Of a stretch of 64,000 bases of DNA, positions 51,355-62,443 are shown piece by piece (the first letter of the stretch is position 1; the number at the start of each line of letters is the position of its first letter). The position numbers and the translations under genes were made by a program. Below the pieces are notes generated by a model that was not told where the DNA came from, searched no databases, and saw nothing but the letters and a program-made list of their open reading frames with translations. Location: positions 2,046,001-2,110,000 of the forward strand of contig JAQOWU010000007.1 in the NCBI GenBank assembly GCA_030867685.1, written 5' to 3'. This stretch comes from Wickerhamiella versatilis (Eukaryota).

Positions 51355-54300
51355 TTACATGTAGTTTGTCAAGGCGGCCACTGCATTTTCTATACGGGTA
51401 ACGTAAATTTCTTTTCGCAAAATAGGCTCATTACGTGCCTGCAATCTATAATTCTCAGGCGGTTCTCCAGAGACTTTCGCTGAGCATAGGGCTTCGAGTC
51501 TATGACAGTACTGCTGCAAAGCAGCTTCAGCAGCCAGTGATGGATACTCAGGTATGGCACGTACTGTCTCATCATCGGCCGGAAAGAAAATAGAACGCCC
51601 ACTGAGGCGCTCCGGATATAGTATGTGTATGTGCTCAACGTTCTCAATACCACGTAATTTCATCTCACCAAGCTCTTCGACAACATAAGGTTGGGTAGGA
51701 ACTTCGCCTTGCTGCTCGAGTTGGCGGATTACTGTGAGAAATTCTGCACTGACAGCTATTTGTCCCCCATTGGCAGTTCCGCTGATTCTCGCAGTTCGGT
51801 TCACCATGGGCCCGAAATAGTCCATACGTCTCGTTATGGGATCACGTTCGGAAACGGGAGTCCCATAATGAATTCCCATTCTCACACGAAGTCCTCGAAA
51901 TATCAAATCACTATCACCATTGTGAACCGGCAAACATTCCTCCGCCTCTAGAAGCTTTTGCGGCCACCGCGCCTTAAGAAGACTTGACTGCACTGTCAGA
52001 CACCAGCTCAAAGCTGCAACTGGTGAGTGAAAGCTTACAATGAAGGCATCTCCTTCTGTCTTGACCTCATATCCTTCAAGCAATCGGATAGTGCGACGCA
52101 TTATGGCATTGTGAACCTTAATGGCCTCACGCATAACGCCTGGCATGGTTTCCCAAAGCTGAGTAGAGCTACGAATGTCCGTAAACACCATAGTAACATC
52201 ACCTTGTGGTGGTGCTACTTCCATTCCGAGGCGTGCGAGGGCAGAGTCTTCAGGTAGCTCACGTCGAGAGGAACCTGCTCTGGAATTTTCTCTTGCTTTA
52301 TTACGTGGGCTCAAAACCATGACTAGAGCAGCATCATGGAGCCCGTATGCCAAGGCAAAGTCTCGCAACTTCAAAGCTGCGCGCATGGGATCGTGAGACT
52401 CAGAAAGAACCAAGTCTGCCATTGTTTCTGGCGAAATAAATTCCCAAAGTGCATCATTTGCCAAAACTACCACATCGTCCGGATCGAGTTCTGCTCTCAA
52501 AGTAAATGGCGCGGCGCTCAAAGTTTGAGGGTAGCATCCCAATGCATGATCCCATTTATACCGACCAAGAATAAGACCCTTTTCATCTACCCAAATTCTA
52601 GACGACGCCAGTGAAGTAACATCCAAAGATGGCTGATAAAGAATCTGAAACTCACCGCTTGCTTTGCAAACCACTACGTGCGTACCTCCGAGAGAGGCTA
52701 GCCACAATGTAGACCCCTGGACGTAGAGCACGGCAGCCCCGGTGCCCGAAAAGCAGTCCTCAGCGCTGAAACGCCCAACTGCTGGTGAGTGATGTCCCAA
52801 GTGAGTATGTGGAATTTCCTCCGGGCTCAACAAAACAGTATTTCCTATTTCCCGATGTACAGCAAGAAATGATCTTCTCAAAGCATCTTCAGGTGTCTCT
52901 TCCGGAGCAAGGCGGTCTAACTGCTGTTTAAACTCCGATACAAAGTTTTCCTGAACCAAATGGCTCATTTTATTACCTCCATGGTCTGGATTATGCCCGT
53001 GGCCATCGAACATGCCAATGAGAACTTCATCTTTTAAGCCACGGAAGCGATCTACAACAAGATCATTAATTTCTAGTGGCTTCTTGTAGAGTGTACCAGC
53101 CACCCCAAGTATACGACTACTCAACTCACTTCCGTATGTCCTGACACGGCAGTTTTCTGTTTGTTCAGGCACTCCAGAGACAGTGAGCGTAACATCTACC
53201 AAAGAAAGGAGATTAAGGTTGGGCAAGACAGAAAAGTCACATAATTCGGTTTCTCCACGAATCTCGAGACGACGATTTGACGCCAAGGAGAGCTGTCGAA
53301 GCTTCTTGTTAAAGCACCAGGACCAGTCAAATGGCCAGTTGGACACATTATACCTTAAGTTATTCGCACTGACATCCAATACTTCCAAATTAGAGGCCTT
53401 TGCAAGCTCTGCTGGTAATGTGTGCAAGTTGTTTCCAGATGCGTGTAAAACTTCTAAATTTTCAGCATGCTCAAAGTCCTCATGTGGCAATGTAGACAAG
53501 CGATTACCGGAAATATGCAGTTCCCGGAGTTTTGCAAGCCGCAAAAACGTATCTGGGGGCACTTCGGCGATTGAATTACAAGTCAAGTTGAGATATTCCA
53601 AGTTTGCAAGCATAGTGATATCATCAAAGCAGTCCTCAGCCAATCGGTTATCCGCGGCATATAGATATGTCAGTGCCATCCCGGCAGGTGGACCCGGGTG
53701 AGCGGGTAGCAACTGCAACAAGTTTGAGGATATATTGAGTTTACGCAGTTTGGGTAAACTCCAGATTTGTGGCAACTGCTTGATGTTGTTGCTGTGCACA
53801 TCTAGAATTTCAAGATTCCTTAACTCCAGTAACTCAAGAGGTAGTCCGACCAGAGAGTTACTGCTTAAGCCAAGTTCACGCAACTGCTCCAGTTTCGTGA
53901 TGCTCAAAGGCATACGTGTCAAGTTATTTCTATCCAGCCGGAGTGACTCTAGACATACCAAACCTGAAAAGTTTTGCTCAGAAGGTATTTTCACACCTGT
54001 TAAATCAAGTCTAGTAACCTGTCGCATGCTGTTATCATCGACGATTTCAAGATTCATGACATCTCTAAGCTCCACTGACCTCAGGCGCATTTCTTTGCTT
54101 GCTTTTTTCGTAGTGTTAAAGCCCAGAACCGGGCGCTTGTTGTTCGTTACTGAGACATTTCCCGTGGCACGTAATATAACTAGAGTGGGTAAGTTTGCGA
54201 CTGGTAAAAAGTCAGTTATTTGATTATACCTCACATCGAGCTCCAGTATGTGGGAAAAGCTTTCCATCACCGGTAATTGATTCATCTGGTTGTGAGATAG

Positions 54301-55617
54301 CCGAAGCACTTCTAACTTTGGAAGATTCACATCAGCCGCTTGTAATAAGTTGTAGCTCGCATCCAAATGCTTAAGATTTTTGTGCGAAAACACCAGCTTC
54401 TCTATGGCGTTACTTCCAATATAAAGGCTGCGAAGAGATTGTGGAAGACGAGAGGGTACTTGCTTAAGACTGTTAGCTCTGAGATCAAGAGTTTCCAAAT
54501 TCACAAAATTGGACAGATCAATATCCTCGTCGATATGATTGCTCTTCATGCTCAGGTGCTTGAGACTATGGGCAAAGTCCGAAAAGAACGGGGGTAACTC
54601 TGAACCTCGTAGTCTTTTTTGATCAATTTTCAATGTCGTTAGTCTCGTAAAATCCATAATACCGTATATTGCACTCCTGGAAAGATCTAGACTGGTGATA
54701 TTAGGGGCAAACCTGCTCAAATAGGCTGGGACGGGGCCATCATGATTCCGCAATGACAGACTGTCAAGAACATGTCCACTCTGTCGAGGTGGCCGCAAGG
54801 GATGCCGAGTCAAGACTATCCTGCAAAGGAAACTGACATCATCGCGACAAACATCAGTGATTTTGTCGCGATCAGTAAATCCGCAGCGAAAGAGCAATCG
54901 TCGCATCAAACTTACCGGTAAATCATCATCTGCGAGGTAGCGGATCCCTTGTGGAAACACTACAGCAAGATGACAGTTATCAGAATCCTCAATGAAAAAT
55001 TTACGAGCAGCAAGTTGTAGCAGGTCTTGCGTGGTTGACTGTGGAGTGCAAACTACCGTCCCAAAAGTCCCATTTTCCCGATACACTCTAAGGAAGAAGC
55101 GCTCTTTCACATCTGCAGGCTCAGATGTTACTGGCAGCTCTCGATGCCGCAAACCCGGATTCAGAGGGGGTGCAGCTGCAGGCAACATGGTCTGTTGTGT
55201 CCGGACTGAGTCTATTGAATCTCTTGACGAGGTTGCCTGACTTGGATGTCGAGATGTGTTATCGGTACCCTCAGTGCTAGATCGACCGTGCGATAGACTG
55301 CGCAAAGATTCAGTGATACTACGACTGCGACTACGACTGCGGTGGCGATTGTTGCGAGACATAGGGCGATTTCCAGGAACAGTCAAGTGATCATGAATCC
55401 CAGAGTTAGCTGTCACTCCTTGAGCTGCTCCCTTCAAGATATTGAAAAGTGATTTGAATGGCCTGCTCGAAGATTTGTGGTCCGACGAATCGATTGGGCC
55501 CCTGATACCTTCCATCGACCCTTTAGGTCTGATTCGAGGTGACGAATTAGCACTCCGGCTACGTTCCGGCTCGTCAAATGATATTCGAGGCTCCGAGGGC
55601 GGACGGTCCCTCTCCAT
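51355..55617 (-). CDS. CYR1: Adenylate cyclase
   Basis: Ras-association domain, long LRR array, PP2C-like domain (MFDGH), class III cyclase (VFTDIRSST, YEVKTEGDAF, RVRMGIH, MDYFGPMVNR). Confidence 0.97.
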   Translation of the reverse strand: MERDRPPSEPRISFDEPERSRSANSSPRIRPKGSMEGIRGPIDSSDHKSSSRPFKSLFNILKGAAQGVTANSGIHDHLTVPGNRPMSRNNRHRSRSRSRSITESLRSLSHGRSSTEGTDNTSRHPSQATSSRDSIDSVRTQQTMLPAAAPPLNPGLRHRELPVTSEPADVKERFFLRVYRENGTFGTVVCTPQSTTQDLLQLAARKFFIEDSDNCHLAVVFPQGIRYLADDDLPVSLMRRLLFRCGFTDRDKITDVCRDDVSFLCRIVLTRHPLRPPRQSGHVLDSLSLRNHDGPVPAYLSRFAPNITSLDLSRSAIYGIMDFTRLTTLKIDQKRLRGSELPPFFSDFAHSLKHLSMKSNHIDEDIDLSNFVNLETLDLRANSLKQVPSRLPQSLRSLYIGSNAIEKLVFSHKNLKHLDASYNLLQAADVNLPKLEVLRLSHNQMNQLPVMESFSHILELDVRYNQITDFLPVANLPTLVILRATGNVSVTNNKRPVLGFNTTKKASKEMRLRSVELRDVMNLEIVDDNSMRQVTRLDLTGVKIPSEQNFSGLVCLESLRLDRNNLTRMPLSITKLEQLRELGLSSNSLVGLPLELLELRNLEILDVHSNNIKQLPQIWSLPKLRKLNISSNLLQLLPAHPGPPAGMALTYLYAADNRLAEDCFDDITMLANLEYLNLTCNSIAEVPPDTFLRLAKLRELHISGNRLSTLPHEDFEHAENLEVLHASGNNLHTLPAELAKASNLEVLDVSANNLRYNVSNWPFDWSWCFNKKLRQLSLASNRRLEIRGETELCDFSVLPNLNLLSLVDVTLTVSGVPEQTENCRVRTYGSELSSRILGVAGTLYKKPLEINDLVVDRFRGLKDEVLIGMFDGHGHNPDHGGNKMSHLVQENFVSEFKQQLDRLAPEETPEDALRRSFLAVHREIGNTVLLSPEEIPHTHLGHHSPAVGRFSAEDCFSGTGAAVLYVQGSTLWLASLGGTHVVVCKASGEFQILYQPSLDVTSLASSRIWVDEKGLILGRYKWDHALGCYPQTLSAAPFTLRAELDPDDVVVLANDALWEFISPETMADLVLSESHDPMRAALKLRDFALAYGLHDAALVMVLSPRNKARENSRAGSSRRELPEDSALARLGMEVAPPQGDVTMVFTDIRSSTQLWETMPGVMREAIKVHNAIMRRTIRLLEGYEVKTEGDAFIVSFHSPVAALSWCLTVQSSLLKARWPQKLLEAEECLPVHNGDSDLIFRGLRVRMGIHYGTPVSERDPITRRMDYFGPMVNRTARISGTANGGQIAVSAEFLTVIRQLEQQGEVPTQPYVVEELGEMKLRGIENVEHIHILYPERLSGRSIFFPADDETVRAIPEYPSLAAEAALQQYCHRLEALCSAKVSGEPPENYRLQARNEPILRKEIYVTRIENAVAALTNYM

Positions 55618-56278
55618 CAAGCCCGCTTATACCTTATTAATAAGCGATGTACTTGATTACGGTTGTAAGGGGATGATGATTGCCGAGGGGTTGTGTCAGA
55701 AAGTAATTTAGAGCTAAATATGCTTTTTTTGAAAACAGGAGAAAAAAAAAGTAATTCGATCTTATCAATTTATCTATATCATATAACCATAGCCTTATCC
55801 TCATATCTCAATAAAATATTACATTACGATGAGATGATATACCGTAATTAGAATATCGGACCGAACGCTACCGGCTTATCATATATAATATTGGTAAGGA
55901 TACAGTTTTCTAAAAAACCAGTGAAACAAATTATTCTGAGTCTAGTCGTAAGTGCATTAAGTGAAGTGAAGAGAAAAAGCTCAAAAAGTGGTCTCTATGC
56001 AAAAAAGTTTTTGAGTAAGTCCTTTGATACAAAGCTTTACTGCTTATTTCTGTGGAGATGACTCAATAGGTTATTGTTCACTTTCGTGTATGATAATATA
56101 CAATGATCTAGGATGAGGTCTTCTATTTGATATTCTTTGCCTATTTGTAGTCACTGATTTCCGTTTATTTGGGCGGGCTGACTTGTAAGCTAATGTTTAT
56201 GCCAGGACCCGCTTTGTCATCTCAACCGAGAAGTAAATAATAATACTCACTTACTCGTTTGGAGAAGGAAAACAAACA

Positions 56279-56857
56279 ATGCTCCAAGCTAGTCTATCTT
56301 ACATTCATCCTGAGAAATACATTACACCGTTGAATCCAAAAACGGATATCCCGAATTTGTGCAAAATGAGTCTTCCCCAGACCCAAAGTCCTCTCAAACC
56401 CACATGGGAAGAGACTGATGGACTCTGCATTGTGGAAAGATCGGCAAGCTATGATCCAGTTCATTCAATGGCATCACTTGTACCAACTCATTCGCTTTTT
56501 GTACCTCCACAGACAAAAACTGCTCGGTTGGTGGAAACCCCCTTAAAGAGAGCGTCCGATAATACAAGCACCCCAGCCAAGCGGAAGAGAGTATCATTGG
56601 ATCCGGAGGAAACCACTGAATGTAGTTTCAGTGGTGCAGAGCATATTTTGCGTATGGTGGATGATTCGCTTGTTGATACTCCGGATAAACAGACCACGCC
56701 TCGTATCCAAAATGCGGCTCCCGTGCCATCTCCAGGACGGGCTGGTCCAACATACGCCTATGATACTCGCGAGTATACACAGATGTTTGGTGCTCTACCC
56801 CCTCGGCCAGCTTGGTTTCAACCGTGGTCACGCACTCTTTCACCTGTGAAGTGGTAA
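56279..56857 (+). CDS. Hypothetical disordered, S/T-P-rich protein
   Basis: 192-aa ORF with good start context (ACAATG), many SP/TP sites, NLS-like KRKR. Confidence 0.55.
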   Translation: MLQASLSYIHPEKYITPLNPKTDIPNLCKMSLPQTQSPLKPTWEETDGLCIVERSASYDPVHSMASLVPTHSLFVPPQTKTARLVETPLKRASDNTSTPAKRKRVSLDPEETTECSFSGAEHILRMVDDSLVDTPDKQTTPRIQNAAPVPSPGRAGPTYAYDTREYTQMFGALPPRPAWFQPWSRTLSPVKW

Positions 56858-56886
56858 TTTTGAGATCGACGAATAATAAATAACCC

Positions 56887-57258
56887 TCAGTCAATTTCCA
56901 GTCCAACTCTTCTTGCCGATTGCCTCACGCGCTCCTCTCCCTCCACTGGAATTCCCTGGTAACGCTCGAGCAACTCCTTATAAACTCGCTGGTTCTTCAA
57001 AAAGCAAATTACCTCGGTTATTTGAGACTCATTCACGGGGGGGAGGGACTTAACCAGGTGCCTTAACCCGCTAGTATTATAAGGATTGACTTTTGCAGGC
57101 GGCGGCGGTATGTTGTAAGACTTTCCACTCCGCTCAGCAAGTTTCTGGCGAGCGGCATACTGAAGTTGGGCAACATTGAGATGCTTCAAATGTGCAGCTT
57201 TGTGCTGTTTTGCAAGCTCCCTCAGCAGATGTCGGTACAGCTGTACTGATTGAGCCAT
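56887..57258 (-). CDS. FMC1: ATP synthase assembly factor Fmc1
   Basis: LYR motif (LYRHLLREL), FLKNQRVYKELLERY, EERVRQSARRVGL. Confidence 0.88.
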   Translation of the reverse strand: MAQSVQLYRHLLRELAKQHKAAHLKHLNVAQLQYAARQKLAERSGKSYNIPPPPAKVNPYNTSGLRHLVKSLPPVNESQITEVICFLKNQRVYKELLERYQGIPVEGEERVRQSARRVGLEID

Positions 57259-57661
57259 TTTCAGATATGATTACAAACAAGTCACATTCACGCTTGAACA
57301 AGCAACTTCAGGATACATTTGATAGTTTACAAAAAGGTGCGGAAATACCATATCACTATTGCACTGATTTATACCGTAAAATTGAGATATTATTCAAGCA
57401 TATTTTCTTTTTTCTAACAGAATTTTCGTAGTCCCGGCAACGCGTTGTTGATCTTGTGAAGTCACTGGTCGGCCGTAGACGGCGTACATCTCCTAAAATA
57501 CACAATATTATATATTCATCAGGCTTGATAAATGGGACCTTCTTTCTGGTTCACGACAAGAAATTCAAATATACTTGACAATACCCGGGTAAGGGCTTTT
57601 ATGAATCAGCAGCTATTTAAACCGAACCTTAGCCGAAAATCTTGTCATACAACGCATATTT

Positions 57662-57825
57662 TAACGGCCAGCATTAAAGTATTACTACGAGGGACCCTCC
57701 GGGTGTCCCCAGGAAATATGTAATTAAGCGGGCCGGAGATTAACCTGTTGATCTTGGGTGCAGCATCCTTAGGCCAGCCCTTCGTGGCTCCGATGGTGGG
57801 TGGTGCAAGGATCGACAGGACACTT
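57662..57825 (+). ncRNA. Box H/ACA snoRNA candidate
   Basis: Hairpin 1 closed by CGGCC/GGCCG (57665-57735); box H AGATTA 57737-57742; hairpin 2 with a 12-bp basal stem (57744-57755/57808-57819); ACA 57820-57822 followed by 3 nt. Confidence 0.72.
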
Positions 57826-58689
57826 TTAGGTCTTAGAATATTCTGTAGAGCACACCGGACAATGATTATCCTCAGGTGGTTCTTCCATAATGCAAAGGCA
57901 TACCGAACAGACATAGCCGATCTCTAGTACTTTTTTCGTCACAAAGCAGACGGCACTGAAGTCAACCTCTGGCGCTGTTGGTATATTCACGAACTTACGA
58001 GTAGCGGGATCAACCAGAAGGCCACCGGTAAAATATTGGACTAGACCCTTTGTAGACATAGGCTCCAAATAAGCCCCTCCGGTAAAATCGGCAGCTTGTT
58101 GCAAGAACGTCTTCGTACCGCCGATATTACACACATCAATAGGAACCTGCAACTTCTGGGCAGCAAAAATAGAGTTTATCGTTGGGATATATTTCGTAGA
58201 GACATCACCACTAGCGTTTACCACCAGGATCCGTCCGTCCAACCGACTCTCATTGGCATTCAGGATCTGGTTCATGTAGCACAACGCTAGAGAAAGAGGG
58301 CCAGCAACCGAGCATTTTGCATTCGGCGTCGGTGGCTCCATCATCTTGAAAAGTTCAGTGAGAACGGTTTCATCAACAGTCCGGAACTGACGGTACATTA
58401 TGCCAGCCAATTCATGATGCTCAGAAGATCCTGACGAGGGGTATAATAGTTTAGGCCCACGGCTGGACCAGCCTATCACAGCTACTTTATTGTTACTGTC
58501 CAAGGCCAAGTGTGCATTTAGTAGCACGAAAGTCGCTGCCAGAGCCTCGCGGAAGTTGATTTCAGGAGGGTGCGAGGCCCACCCATCTGAATTTGCATCA
58601 AATATCACAAGTAGCAATGATGCAAACTCATCAGATGCGGTTGCAGACACCCCTCCTAGTTGTGCAGAGGTGTCGTCAACCGCTTCCAT
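57826..58689 (-). CDS. TFB4: TFIIH subunit Tfb4 (p34)
   Basis: vWA-like domain (LLNAHLAL, LSLALCY, NSIFAAQK, FLQQAAD.TGG.Y) and C-terminal zinc finger (CSVCLC...CPVC). Confidence 0.94.
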   Translation of the reverse strand: MEAVDDTSAQLGGVSATASDEFASLLLVIFDANSDGWASHPPEINFREALAATFVLLNAHLALDSNNKVAVIGWSSRGPKLLYPSSGSSEHHELAGIMYRQFRTVDETVLTELFKMMEPPTPNAKCSVAGPLSLALCYMNQILNANESRLDGRILVVNASGDVSTKYIPTINSIFAAQKLQVPIDVCNIGGTKTFLQQAADFTGGAYLEPMSTKGLVQYFTGGLLVDPATRKFVNIPTAPEVDFSAVCFVTKKVLEIGYVCSVCLCIMEEPPEDNHCPVCSTEYSKT

Positions 58690-58728
58690 CGGTAGGTGTA
58701 CAGTCAGCCCTCCTCTGGCTGAACCGCC

Positions 58729-61257
58729 ATGGCGGATCCTGCAGTTATTCTTGAAGCAGTTGAGACTCAGTCCAGTGAAATTAGAATATTACTTGATGAG
58801 TTTTTACCGGAACCAACGCTGTTGGATCCAGTACTTCCTAAGTGTGTTGACCATATTGTATCGCGTCATTTAGAAAACCAGGAGCATCTAGAACTTCTCT
58901 ATGATTTTTGCAAGGTGAGAGGAGCAAAAATTATTGCACAACTACTACCAAGTAATGTGGAATTTTTACCAAGGGTGCTTGAATTGTGTGAAAATCCAGA
59001 TATAAATTGGCAAGAAAGATACGCACTTCTCGTTTGGCTTTCAATACTTGTACTGACACCTTTCCCTCTTAATATCGTGGGTGATGAAGTCGAGGAGCGA
59101 TTGTGGAATTTAGGAACTCGTTATATTTGTGTATCCAGTAAAGCGCGGGATGCTACGTCAGTATTTTTCTCTCGATTCATTGCACGACCGCCTAATGAAT
59201 TGCGTGTCGACAAGTTTGTCCAGTGGGCAGAGAGTATTTCGCGAAAGGGATGGGCGGAAATAGGAATCTTGGCTACTGCGGCTGGGCTCTGTAGGCTTGC
59301 ACCAAGCAAGTCGCTAATTTCACTAGTCAACGAGGAGGTATCAGGCATTTTAGCCAATAAACTTCGATTGAAATGCATTGGTAGGCTTGGCCTAGTCTTT
59401 CCAGAGCAAACGGAGTATGCGGTTGCTGAATGCTTTGAAGCACTGAATGACCAGGCGTCGACAGTCCGCTACACTGCAGCGAAATACCTCGCTAGACTTG
59501 CCGCTAAAGTAGGTAGTCCTCTGACTGAAGAAATTGATGCAGCTCTTTCTGAAATGTTTTGGGAAGACTTTACCCCATCAATGGCCAATGTTTCTACTGA
59601 CATGTGGCAAGGTATAATGTTGACTCTAGCGGAAATGATCCGCGTGGGTCATTGTCCACAGGATACTCTGAGAATGGTCCTGGCTGCTCTCAACCTTGTA
59701 CAGCGAAGGACCCGCTCTTCTGTCGGTGCCAATGTTAGGGATACAGCCTGCTATGTTTGCTGGTCCTTGTTTCGCAGTGGGAACGAAATGAATTTTAATG
59801 CTATATACCGGTCACTCTGCATACTGGCTTGTGTGGATCGTGAGTTAACAGTGAGACTTGCAGCTGCAGCTGCCCTACAGGAAGGTCTAGGTCGTCGTAA
59901 CGACTTTTCACCTGAGCGGACATTGGAACTTCTTGAGCTCGTAAATTTCTCCACGGTAAGGTCATTAGAGCGCTGCTATTTGGAGATTTCCCCTATAATA
60001 CCTGATCACCTGAGGCCAGGTATTCAAGAATTATTAGCGCATGGCATTGGCAGCAGCTTCCCAGAGCTACGAAGACTGTCACGACTTGCGTTCCCCCTTC
60101 TCCAATTGAGTTACCCATCGCTGATGGAGCTGGCAGATAAATCAGATCCTGATACCCACCATGGGGTTATGCTTTGTTTGAGTACCTGGGATAACCCCAC
60201 AGTGGACTCGAGTGGTTGGTTGTATGAGCGTGTGTCAACAGACCTAGAATGCGAGGGGCAGCTTCGTCTGTTAACTATTCTACCTGCAAAATACTTGTCC
60301 AAAATGAATGAATGTCTAAAGAGTGAAGAACCCTATGTAATTGATGCAGCAAGGGATCTTGTACGTCGCCGCAAATCTGAACTTCATGACTTAGGGCTCA
60401 GTGATTTTTGGTACTCGCATATTGACGAGAGCTTGGCATTTGTTGCATGCATCGCAGAGCAAGGTTTTAGTGATGATGTGTTAAAGGCAATTCCGAAATT
60501 AACGAACCCGTCTAGTCGTGCTTTAGCCATATCCGCTCTACGTGGCTATTCTAGAGATTCCGATGCTGTTTTAACTGATGCACTAAATGACTATCAATGG
60601 GATGCTAGAGGAGACGTGGGATCCTGGGTTCGTCTCGCTGCTGTTAACAAAGTTTACGAGTGGAAGCATGATGGGGCCGTCAAAACGCAAGAACGTCAGC
60701 TATGGCGGCTCGCTGGAGAGGCTTCAGCTAAAGTACGCGAGGAGAGCAGAAAAATTCTACGAGAAGAAGGATATAACATCAATAATGATGATAATATGTG
60801 CATTTTGAAGGAAGTGCCATCAGAGTTTGAAAATGATGTTCTTCTTGGCTTGTGTCGTGATTATGGCTCGCATCCCACGAAGCACCCATATGATCTCCTG
60901 GATTATGGCGACAAGCTTCTAGATTTGGACAGAAGCCCATCTGTGCTGCGTACAGTAACGAAGCTCGTGGAATTAGGTGCGCCCTTCTCTCAACGGATTA
61001 TAGCTGTGGCATATAACGCTACTTTAAAGAAAAGTTCAGTCCATGATGGCTTGCGTATGCTTTCCTGCCTACCTTTAAAACCTGAATCTATCTCCAGAAT
61101 GGTAAGACTGTGCGGCTATCCAAATGGAGCTGTGAGACAACGGGCGGCTGAGGCGCTTTTTGAACTCGGATTTGAGGATGAGATAATTGAGAAAACAAAT
61201 TGGGAACGTGGGAACTGGAAGGAAGCAGCTGATTTATTGCGAAAGATATATAATTAG
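58729..61257 (+). CDS. CIN1: Tubulin-folding cofactor D (Cin1/TBCD)
   Basis: PTLLDP, CKVRGAK, WQERYALLVWLS, VRYTAAK, GANVRDTACYVCW, AAAAALQEGLGR, DARGDVGSWVR; HEAT repeats. Confidence 0.9.
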   Translation: MADPAVILEAVETQSSEIRILLDEFLPEPTLLDPVLPKCVDHIVSRHLENQEHLELLYDFCKVRGAKIIAQLLPSNVEFLPRVLELCENPDINWQERYALLVWLSILVLTPFPLNIVGDEVEERLWNLGTRYICVSSKARDATSVFFSRFIARPPNELRVDKFVQWAESISRKGWAEIGILATAAGLCRLAPSKSLISLVNEEVSGILANKLRLKCIGRLGLVFPEQTEYAVAECFEALNDQASTVRYTAAKYLARLAAKVGSPLTEEIDAALSEMFWEDFTPSMANVSTDMWQGIMLTLAEMIRVGHCPQDTLRMVLAALNLVQRRTRSSVGANVRDTACYVCWSLFRSGNEMNFNAIYRSLCILACVDRELTVRLAAAAALQEGLGRRNDFSPERTLELLELVNFSTVRSLERCYLEISPIIPDHLRPGIQELLAHGIGSSFPELRRLSRLAFPLLQLSYPSLMELADKSDPDTHHGVMLCLSTWDNPTVDSSGWLYERVSTDLECEGQLRLLTILPAKYLSKMNECLKSEEPYVIDAARDLVRRRKSELHDLGLSDFWYSHIDESLAFVACIAEQGFSDDVLKAIPKLTNPSSRALAISALRGYSRDSDAVLTDALNDYQWDARGDVGSWVRLAAVNKVYEWKHDGAVKTQERQLWRLAGEASAKVREESRKILREEGYNINNDDNMCILKEVPSEFENDVLLGLCRDYGSHPTKHPYDLLDYGDKLLDLDRSPSVLRTVTKLVELGAPFSQRIIAVAYNATLKKSSVHDGLRMLSCLPLKPESISRMVRLCGYPNGAVRQRAAEALFELGFEDEIIEKTNWERGNWKEAADLLRKIYN

Positions 61258-61278
61258 TCCCTAATAATATGTTATCTG

Positions 61279-62289
61279 CTAGGAGCGGGGCAACTGGGAT
61301 GCCCATTGCGGGATTAGGTGACGAGGTAAACTTCTTCCATATGCGTAAAAATTATGCTGGCTAAGGTGTTCAACATGCATGCGGATTTCTGGACCATGGG
61401 TCAAGCAACTACTGACATAGTCCCGGAATGTTGGCGACACCCACTCAGGTGGAGTTGGTGGGGGATCATTTACAATTTGTTGCAACAAATCAAATATAGC
61501 AAATCCACCTCCACCACCTTCATCGGAATCACCAGCTTTGAATGGAAATTTTCCCTTTGCAAGTTCCACCAAAGTAAGTCCCAGACTCCATACATCGCTT
61601 GTTGCAGAATAAGTCATACCGGAGATGCGTTCAGGTGACATATATGTCGAGGTACCAACAAACGTTTCGGCAATGGAATTAATCAAAACACGACTCACCC
61701 CAAAGTCGCATATTTTGACATTCCCCTGGCTGTTTACAAGAATGTTTGAAGGTTTTATATCTCGGTGCGTAATGTTAAGCTGTTTGAGATATTGAAGGCC
61801 ATCAACGACTTCTGCGTTGATTCCAGCTATGATGTCCTCTGGTAACGGGCCGGTATGCTTCACAATTTTATCAAGGGATCCACGGTCCATAAACTCCATA
61901 CAGATGATAACAGCGTTTTCTTCCATAAATTGCCCATAATATTTCACAATGCGTTCGCTATCGCATATTTTGAGAGTGTCGAGCTCCTGCATTATTGAGC
62001 GGCGAATTTCAGGGCGCGCCTCCAGGTAAATGGTTTTCTTGGCCATTAGGAGCCCGGTAGTCGTATGACGCACCTTAGCAACTACCCCACCGTTGCCATG
62101 ACCCAGAACCTTGATATGTTCCAAATCCCTCCCTTGAACATGAAGATCCAACTCGCAACCTACTAAAAGATGCAAGTCGTCACTGGGAATACCACCACCC
62201 GCATTGCTCGAGGCTGATAAGCTCTCTGGGTTCAATTGAAGGTGTTTATGGTTTTTACGCTTCAGAGAGTGGGGTCCACTGAATACCAT
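61279..62289 (-). CDS. STE7: MAP kinase kinase of the pheromone pathway
   Basis: N-terminal docking motif LKRKNHKHLQL; HRDIKPSN; DFGVSRVLINSIAETFVGTSTYMSPERI. Confidence 0.9.
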   Translation of the reverse strand: MVFSGPHSLKRKNHKHLQLNPESLSASSNAGGGIPSDDLHLLVGCELDLHVQGRDLEHIKVLGHGNGGVVAKVRHTTTGLLMAKKTIYLEARPEIRRSIMQELDTLKICDSERIVKYYGQFMEENAVIICMEFMDRGSLDKIVKHTGPLPEDIIAGINAEVVDGLQYLKQLNITHRDIKPSNILVNSQGNVKICDFGVSRVLINSIAETFVGTSTYMSPERISGMTYSATSDVWSLGLTLVELAKGKFPFKAGDSDEGGGGGFAIFDLLQQIVNDPPPTPPEWVSPTFRDYVSSCLTHGPEIRMHVEHLSQHNFYAYGRSLPRHLIPQWASQLPRS

Positions 62290-62443
62290 CCCGCCACCTG
62301 GTCAGTGTGTCTTATGTCACTCCACCTGCATATAAGTAGAAATAGACCTAGATAAAATTCTCTGATAATTTTAAATATAGTTGTACACTAGTGGCTAAAT
62401 ATATGATTGATGCTTTATTTTATAATAAGAGAGAGAAAATGTC

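Noticed and set aside
62290-62310. ACTGAC-CAG just before the STE7 ATG, and YAG directly before the ATGs of STM1, RIP1, VPS10 and the FUS1-like gene, suggesting acceptors without donors (trans-splicing)
   Set aside because: No consistent branch-point spacing, and most genes lack the pattern; compatible with chance.
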